Assembly: GCA_964444295.1 (NCBI GenBank)
Contig: CAYUGO010000002.1
Coordinates: 1 to 40,446, forward strand
Reading direction: 5' to 3'
DNA length: 40,446 nucleotides
Origin: an uncultured Gammaproteobacteria bacterium
GTDB lineage: Bacteria; Patescibacteriota; Microgenomatia; CAYXHB01
Positions 36,351 to 40,446 of this stretch are shown here, piece by piece. A model generated the notes under the pieces. The model did no database searches. It was not told the origin of the DNA and saw nothing but the letters and a program-made list of their open reading frames with translations. The position numbers and the translations under genes are program-made. The first letter of the stretch is position 1. Every line of letters starts with the position of its first letter.

Positions 36351-37312
36351 AGAGGAGTCGGGGTGGGAACAGTTGTGGGAGTTATACCTGCATTAGTGAG
36401 CATCTCGTATTGAGTAAAGGGAGTAATGTTTAGATTAAAATTGGTGTTAAATGGTTGAGTGAACCAAAGGTTGGCCATAAGCCCGTTGGCTACTGTTCCT
36501 AAGTGACCTGCGGTGTCTCCCAGACGAAAATGGTGTGGCTCATTGTTTTGGGCAAATACGTGTATTTTTTCTCCAGCAATGAGAATATCTCCTGAGCTAT
36601 CTAGTTTGGAAACTACATTAGCTGTCATCACTGTGTTTAGGTCAACGAAAACAATTCCATTTGCATCAGCTTTGGCTTCCCATGCGGTATTGATTGTGTT
36701 TATGGCATTTGTGACACGAGCGCGTTTGGTGGGATCAGGGTAGAGCATCGCAATGGGTGGAAAAATTCCTGGATCGCCAATGCTGGTCATGACGATTTGG
36801 GTGTTGCCAGCTTGTTTGATAATATCGATGGCTTGGTTCATCTTACTAATTATTTCGTTGACTTTGGTGTTGATGTTTACTGTATTGTTATAAACGCTGT
36901 CATAAGTTTGATTCCAAAAATTAAAGTCATTGACTCCTATATGAATAAATACGTATTTAACTTCTCCTGATCGGATTTGGCTTGCGAGTCCGGTTGCTTG
37001 ACCTGAATCAATGAGATCTCTAGTTAAATTGCCACTTTTGGACCAGTTGTATTTGTATCCAGTTCTTCGGTTATCGCTCCAAGTTCCCCATGGTCCGAAA
37101 TTGAGGTTTCTTTTCTTTACCAGCAGCTCCGCCCAATTGAAAGTAGTAGCTGCATATGTGCCACCTCTATTATCGTTTGCTCTGTATTCATCGGAGTTAC
37201 TATCGCTTAAGATGCCGATCCCTTCGTTGTTGTATGTGGCAAACGTTATAGATGGAAAAATAATTAAATTAAGGAGAGATAAAAATAATAATGTAGCAAG
37301 ATATTTTTTCAT
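36122..37312 (-). CDS. secreted SGNH/GDSL-type esterase with C-terminal dockerin
   Basis: I chose the start at MKKYLATLLFLSLLNLIIFPSITFA (signal peptide). The track ORF extends to GTG 37357. Block I is GILSDSNSDEY, block III is IHIGVNDF, and there is a distal DTAGH. Then come a PT linker and a dockerin whose DNA matches that of 31190-31436 at all but two adjacent positions (31398-31399). Confidence 0.72.
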   Translation of the reverse strand: MKKYLATLLFLSLLNLIIFPSITFATYNNEGIGILSDSNSDEYRANDNRGGTYAATTFNWAELLVKKRNLNFGPWGTWSDNRRTGYKYNWSKSGNLTRDLIDSGQATGLASQIRSGEVKYVFIHIGVNDFNFWNQTYDSVYNNTVNINTKVNEIISKMNQAIDIIKQAGNTQIVMTSIGDPGIFPPIAMLYPDPTKRARVTNAINTINTAWEAKADANGIVFVDLNTVMTANVVSKLDSSGDILIAGEKIHVFAQNNEPHHFRLGDTAGHLGTVANGLMANLWFTQPFNTNFNLNITPFTQYEMLTNAGITPTTVPTPTPLPPTPTNSPTPTSTPLSRPCPLIGDTNLCDNVVNALDFTYLSSKFGTNDPKADLKQDGVINVLDYSILSANFGKTL

Positions 37313-37379
37313 TTTTAAGCCTGTAATTACCTTAACATAGTTGGGGATGATTGGCACGTTTTTGGGTTGGAGTAATGGG

Positions 37380-37943
37380 TTACTTTAGATTTTGGAGAGC
37401 GTATTTGATTTGGTTTTCGAGAGTGGTTATTTCTGGTGGAATATTGTTGAGTATTTTTTGTATCTCATGTGATTTGTAACCTAAGCTAATTAGAGCATTA
37501 CCGAGTTCGCTTTCTTGGGTGTCTGATTGGAGATCTAGTTCGTTAAGTGAGCCAAGTTTGGTCTTGAGATCGACGATGATTTTCTGGGCACCTTTTTTGC
37601 CGACGCCGGAGATTTGGGTAAAGAAAGAAACGTCGGCCGTCATGATGGCTTGGATAGTTTGGGATGAAGGTTGGTTTAGAATGGCTAGTGCTATTTTGGG
37701 ACCAATGCCTGACACAGAAATGAGTTGGCGGAAGAGATCGCGGTCGGATAGGGAGTTAAATCCATAGAGTGTTAGTTGGTCTTCGCGGACGTGAGTGTGG
37801 ATGTGAAGTTGGGTTGGAGAATTGAGAATTAAATTAGAAAGAAGTGGTTGGGGAGCGTGGATTTCATATCCCACACCATTGACATCCAGAGTGAGGGTTT
37901 GGTTGGAGATAAGGATTACTTGCCCTTGGAGGTATGAGATCAT
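37380..37943 (-). CDS. ruvA: Holliday junction DNA helicase subunit RuvA
   Basis: 187 aa. It has the N-terminal OB MISYLQGQV...VNGVGYEI and two HhH motifs (VSGIGPKIALAIL, ISGVGKKGAQKII). Confidence 0.9.
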   Translation of the reverse strand: MISYLQGQVILISNQTLTLDVNGVGYEIHAPQPLLSNLILNSPTQLHIHTHVREDQLTLYGFNSLSDRDLFRQLISVSGIGPKIALAILNQPSSQTIQAIMTADVSFFTQISGVGKKGAQKIIVDLKTKLGSLNELDLQSDTQESELGNALISLGYKSHEIQKILNNIPPEITTLENQIKYALQNLK

Positions 37944-38035
37944 GGTTTGATTTACTTTAGTGTATTTTGGGGAATTTGGGAAGGGAAAAGCGAAAGAGAG
38001 GAATTGATATTGAATTGAATAGAGGAAGATGAGAT

Positions 38036-38515
38036 TTATCTTAAGGTAAAGGCGTGGGTGATGGCTGCGGCAAGGGCATCGGCGGCATCGTCTGGTTTGG
38101 GGACTTCTTGTAGCTTGAGGATTGATTTGACCATGAATTGGACTTGTTTTTTGTCGGCTCGGCCATAGCCAGTGATTGTTTGTTTGATTTGGAGGGGGGT
38201 GTATTCAAAGATAGGAATACCTGATTGTTTGGCAGCAAGTAGGAGGACTCCGCGGGCGTGACCTACCGACATGGCGGTTTTGGCATTGGTATTGAAAAAA
38301 AGTTTTTCGACTACGATGGCTTGGGGTTTGAATGTAGTAATTAATCTGGTGGTTTGGGTATGAATTTGGATGAGACGTTCGGCAAGATCGAGTTTGGGGA
38401 TGGTGGTGATGCAGTCGCAAGTAATATCAGAAAATGAACTTGGAGCAGTGTATGTAAGGAATCCCCAGCCAGTAAGAGCCGTGCCGGGATCAAAGCCAAG
38501 AATGCGAGTAGGCAT
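38036..38515 (-). CDS. ruvC: crossover junction endodeoxyribonuclease RuvC
   Basis: 159 aa. ILGFDPGTALTGWG, VVEKLFF, GYGRADKKQV and DAADALAAAITHA are present. Confidence 0.92.
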   Translation of the reverse strand: MPTRILGFDPGTALTGWGFLTYTAPSSFSDITCDCITTIPKLDLAERLIQIHTQTTRLITTFKPQAIVVEKLFFNTNAKTAMSVGHARGVLLLAAKQSGIPIFEYTPLQIKQTITGYGRADKKQVQFMVKSILKLQEVPKPDDAADALAAAITHAFTLR

Positions 38516-38521
38516 GCGTGA

Positions 38522-39904
38522 TTATTGGGGATTGATTTCTTGGAGTGTAACAGAAGTGATTGTGTCATCGATTAAGCCGGCGATGGCAGCAAGTTCGTCG
38601 CCAACACTGGTGGCTGAATCGGCGAATCGTATATATTGGAGAGCAGGGTTAGAATTTATGTCGCCTTTGTTATGAATGTCTATTTCAATATCACAATTAC
38701 CTGGGTTTTGGGCATTCACATGGTTTATTAAATTATTGTTACTGTCATTGAGGTAATCGGTAAGATGAGGGTTAAGAGTGTTATGTGGGGTAAATGCATT
38801 TGGACCATAGGCAAGGATTAACATGCAAGCATTGCTGTCGGCGACTGCATTTTGAAAGGCAGTTTTGGTGTTAGATCTAGCATTTGGACAAGAATTACGA
38901 AATTCATTAGAAATAGTGTCTTGAAGCAATCCGTAATCTTGATTACATAGTGGGTCACCAGATTCACCAGGGGCGGAGGGTAGACCATCTGTTATAACAA
39001 TAATGTATTTGTAATATGTAGAGTTTGCGGAAATTCCTGTTCGAGGATTTGATTGAAGTATTGATGAGGCTGTGTTGATGGCGGTGCTAAGATTGGCGTA
39101 TCCTGATGGATAGTCCATTTTGTATACGAAATTATTGTATATTGAAGGTGTGAATTCATTTATTTTGATGAGAGGGGCGGGAGCTGTAACGGTTTCAATG
39201 CCGGCTGGATTTGCCCCTACTGCTCCAAATATTACTTCGCTGACTCGTATGAGGTCGCGTTTTGAAATATCTTCAGCTGTACTGGGGGTTGGTGTGGGGG
39301 GTTCTGGATAGCCGAAGATTTTATAAACTTTTTTGATCCCTGATCTAACATCTGTCATTGGCTGGCAACTGCTAACTGGAGGTGGAGGGGATGATCCTGT
39401 TGGAGTCGGATTGGCAATGAGACATTGACAGTCTGAGCTAGAGCTAGCAATACAATTGTTGATGTATTGATTGGTTGAAAAGCTAGTTGCCCCCATACTG
39501 GAGGAACGATCTAGCAGTATGACGATGTCAGCATATTTATTGTAATTTGGTACTGAATTGGAGAAATTTGCTTGAGCACGACGGTTATTGTCGACGATTC
39601 CTGTTTGTGATTCAAAGGTATTAGCGTTATAGGTATTATTGATATTGGCAGTTAGTTCAGTTTTGTATGCACCGGTGTTATTGTCCATTCCAGCCGTAAT
39701 TCTTAATTTCCACCAAAGAGCATCATATAAATTGGCTAGGGAATTGTTAAGTGTTTGTTCATTGCGACCTTGTCCATATGTAGCCTCATAACTTTGTTTG
39801 ATCAGGATTAACTGTGTTGTGAGGATAATCGTAGTAATGATGGAAATAATTATTATTGTAATTAGAAGCATGGCTCCTGATTTTGGTGATTGGTTATGGT
39901 CCAT
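38522..39904 (-). CDS. von Willebrand factor A (MIDAS) domain protein with pilin-like N-terminal hydrophobic segment (candidate pilus-tip/minor pilin adhesin)
   Basis: MIDAS is ADIVILLDRSSSMG (DxSxS), with YIIVITDGLPS downstream. The N-terminus MDHNQSPKSG-AMLLITIIIISIITTIILT resembles a class III leader but lacks Glu5. The start is uncertain: in-frame ATGs lie at 39934, 39904 and 39871. Confidence 0.65.
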   Translation of the reverse strand: MDHNQSPKSGAMLLITIIIISIITTIILTTQLILIKQSYEATYGQGRNEQTLNNSLANLYDALWWKLRITAGMDNNTGAYKTELTANINNTYNANTFESQTGIVDNNRRAQANFSNSVPNYNKYADIVILLDRSSSMGATSFSTNQYINNCIASSSSDCQCLIANPTPTGSSPPPPVSSCQPMTDVRSGIKKVYKIFGYPEPPTPTPSTAEDISKRDLIRVSEVIFGAVGANPAGIETVTAPAPLIKINEFTPSIYNNFVYKMDYPSGYANLSTAINTASSILQSNPRTGISANSTYYKYIIVITDGLPSAPGESGDPLCNQDYGLLQDTISNEFRNSCPNARSNTKTAFQNAVADSNACMLILAYGPNAFTPHNTLNPHLTDYLNDSNNNLINHVNAQNPGNCDIEIDIHNKGDINSNPALQYIRFADSATSVGDELAAIAGLIDDTITSVTLQEINPQ

Positions 39905-40430
39905 ATTTTTGGCGTTTATTAGTAAATGTAACATCTGGGGTTAGATGAAGACTAGGGTTTAGCGTAGAATTAATTGTAAACTGGATTCTTATGAGAGGAA
40001 GGTATGATGATTGGTCATTGTTTATTGTGTCATTGGGAATATTGAATAATTGTGTGCTATTAATCTGGACATCGTTGGGGTGTATAGGTGTTCCATCTTT
40101 GGTGAGGGTAGAGCCAGAAAGAATATATTGATGAGCTGTAGTATTGAGAGTATTAGATCCTGGAACTGAAATTCCATCAGGAGTACTCCAGCGAATTGAG
40201 TCACGAATATCTTGGATGACCAGAGTACTTGTTTGTTGAAGTTGGTTTAGTTGTTGAAGTTGGGCTCGGGTACGGAAGATTGAAACTAGCATTTGAGCTG
40301 TCATTGTTAGAATAATCATGCCTATGCTTGAGGCAATTAGTAACTCGATAAGAGTTAATCCTTGTTTTGGTTGTTGAATATTATGGATTTGGATGTGTTT
40401 CATAGTCAGTAAATATTGTTTTGACTTCAT
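39894..40430 (-). CDS. type IV pilin / pseudopilin-like protein (prepilin-type N-terminal cleavage/methylation motif)
   Basis: KQG-LTLIELLIASSIGMIILT is the canonical G/(F,L)TLIE motif with Glu5. An alternative start is ATG 40403. Confidence 0.75.
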   Translation of the reverse strand: MKSKQYLLTMKHIQIHNIQQPKQGLTLIELLIASSIGMIILTMTAQMLVSIFRTRAQLQQLNQLQQTSTLVIQDIRDSIRWSTPDGISVPGSNTLNTTAHQYILSGSTLTKDGTPIHPNDVQINSTQLFNIPNDTINNDQSSYLPLIRIQFTINSTLNPSLHLTPDVTFTNKRQKYGP

Positions 40431-40446
40431 AGAATTTTTCGGTTGA

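Noticed and set aside
22518-37357. The cohesin/dockerin block as a prophage, ICE or transposon.
   Set aside because: There is no integrase, transposase, phage structural gene, tRNA or terminal repeat at either boundary. Strand skew and codon style match the flanking core genes.
1-40446. An alternative genetic code with TGA read as a sense codon (code 4 or 25).
   Set aside because: All conserved genes are full length under the standard code, so no in-frame TGA needs to be read through. Only the avoidance of TGA as a stop is reported, as a finding.

Overview
This 40.4 kb fragment looks chromosomal and comes from a compact bacterial genome with small, tightly packed genes. The gene set is a standalone 5'-3' exonuclease, a three-domain ATP-dependent DNA ligase, type IV pilin-like genes and many secreted Pro/Thr-linker proteins. 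From that I infer a Patescibacteria/CPR-like organism, but I cannot prove it from the sequence. I call 34 CDS and 2 tRNA genes, and I see no rRNA, CRISPR array or transposase. Positions 2.3-21.2 kb are mostly plus-strand housekeeping genes: ftsB-like, ftsH, 5'-3' exonuclease, GT4, mutM, recF, Fic, DNA ligase, P-type ATPase and pth. Positions 21.4-40.4 kb are one unbroken minus-strand array: pilin, vWA protein, ruvC, ruvA, a ~15 kb cohesin/dockerin locus, then ruvB. That locus is the most interesting content. It encodes two membrane-anchored single-cohesin proteins, one two-cohesin adaptor carrying its own dockerin of a different sequence class, and dockerin-tagged cargo. The cargo comprises a clan GH-A glycoside hydrolase, a PQQ-like beta-propeller, an SGNH esterase and a dockerin-only miniprotein, with one further dockerin protein 8 kb away. 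This is the parts list of a cellulosome-like, hierarchically assembled surface complex. Inside the locus a 4932-bp unit (hydrolase plus propeller) is present as two apparently identical tandem copies. The novel junction maps to a ~17-bp stretch of dockerin/PT-linker coding sequence shared with the SGNH gene, which points to unequal crossover. Two window-wide signals are also unusual. The plus strand is very G-rich relative to C (skew about +0.3 to +0.5 by hand sampling) whichever strand is coding. None of the 34 CDS ends in TGA.
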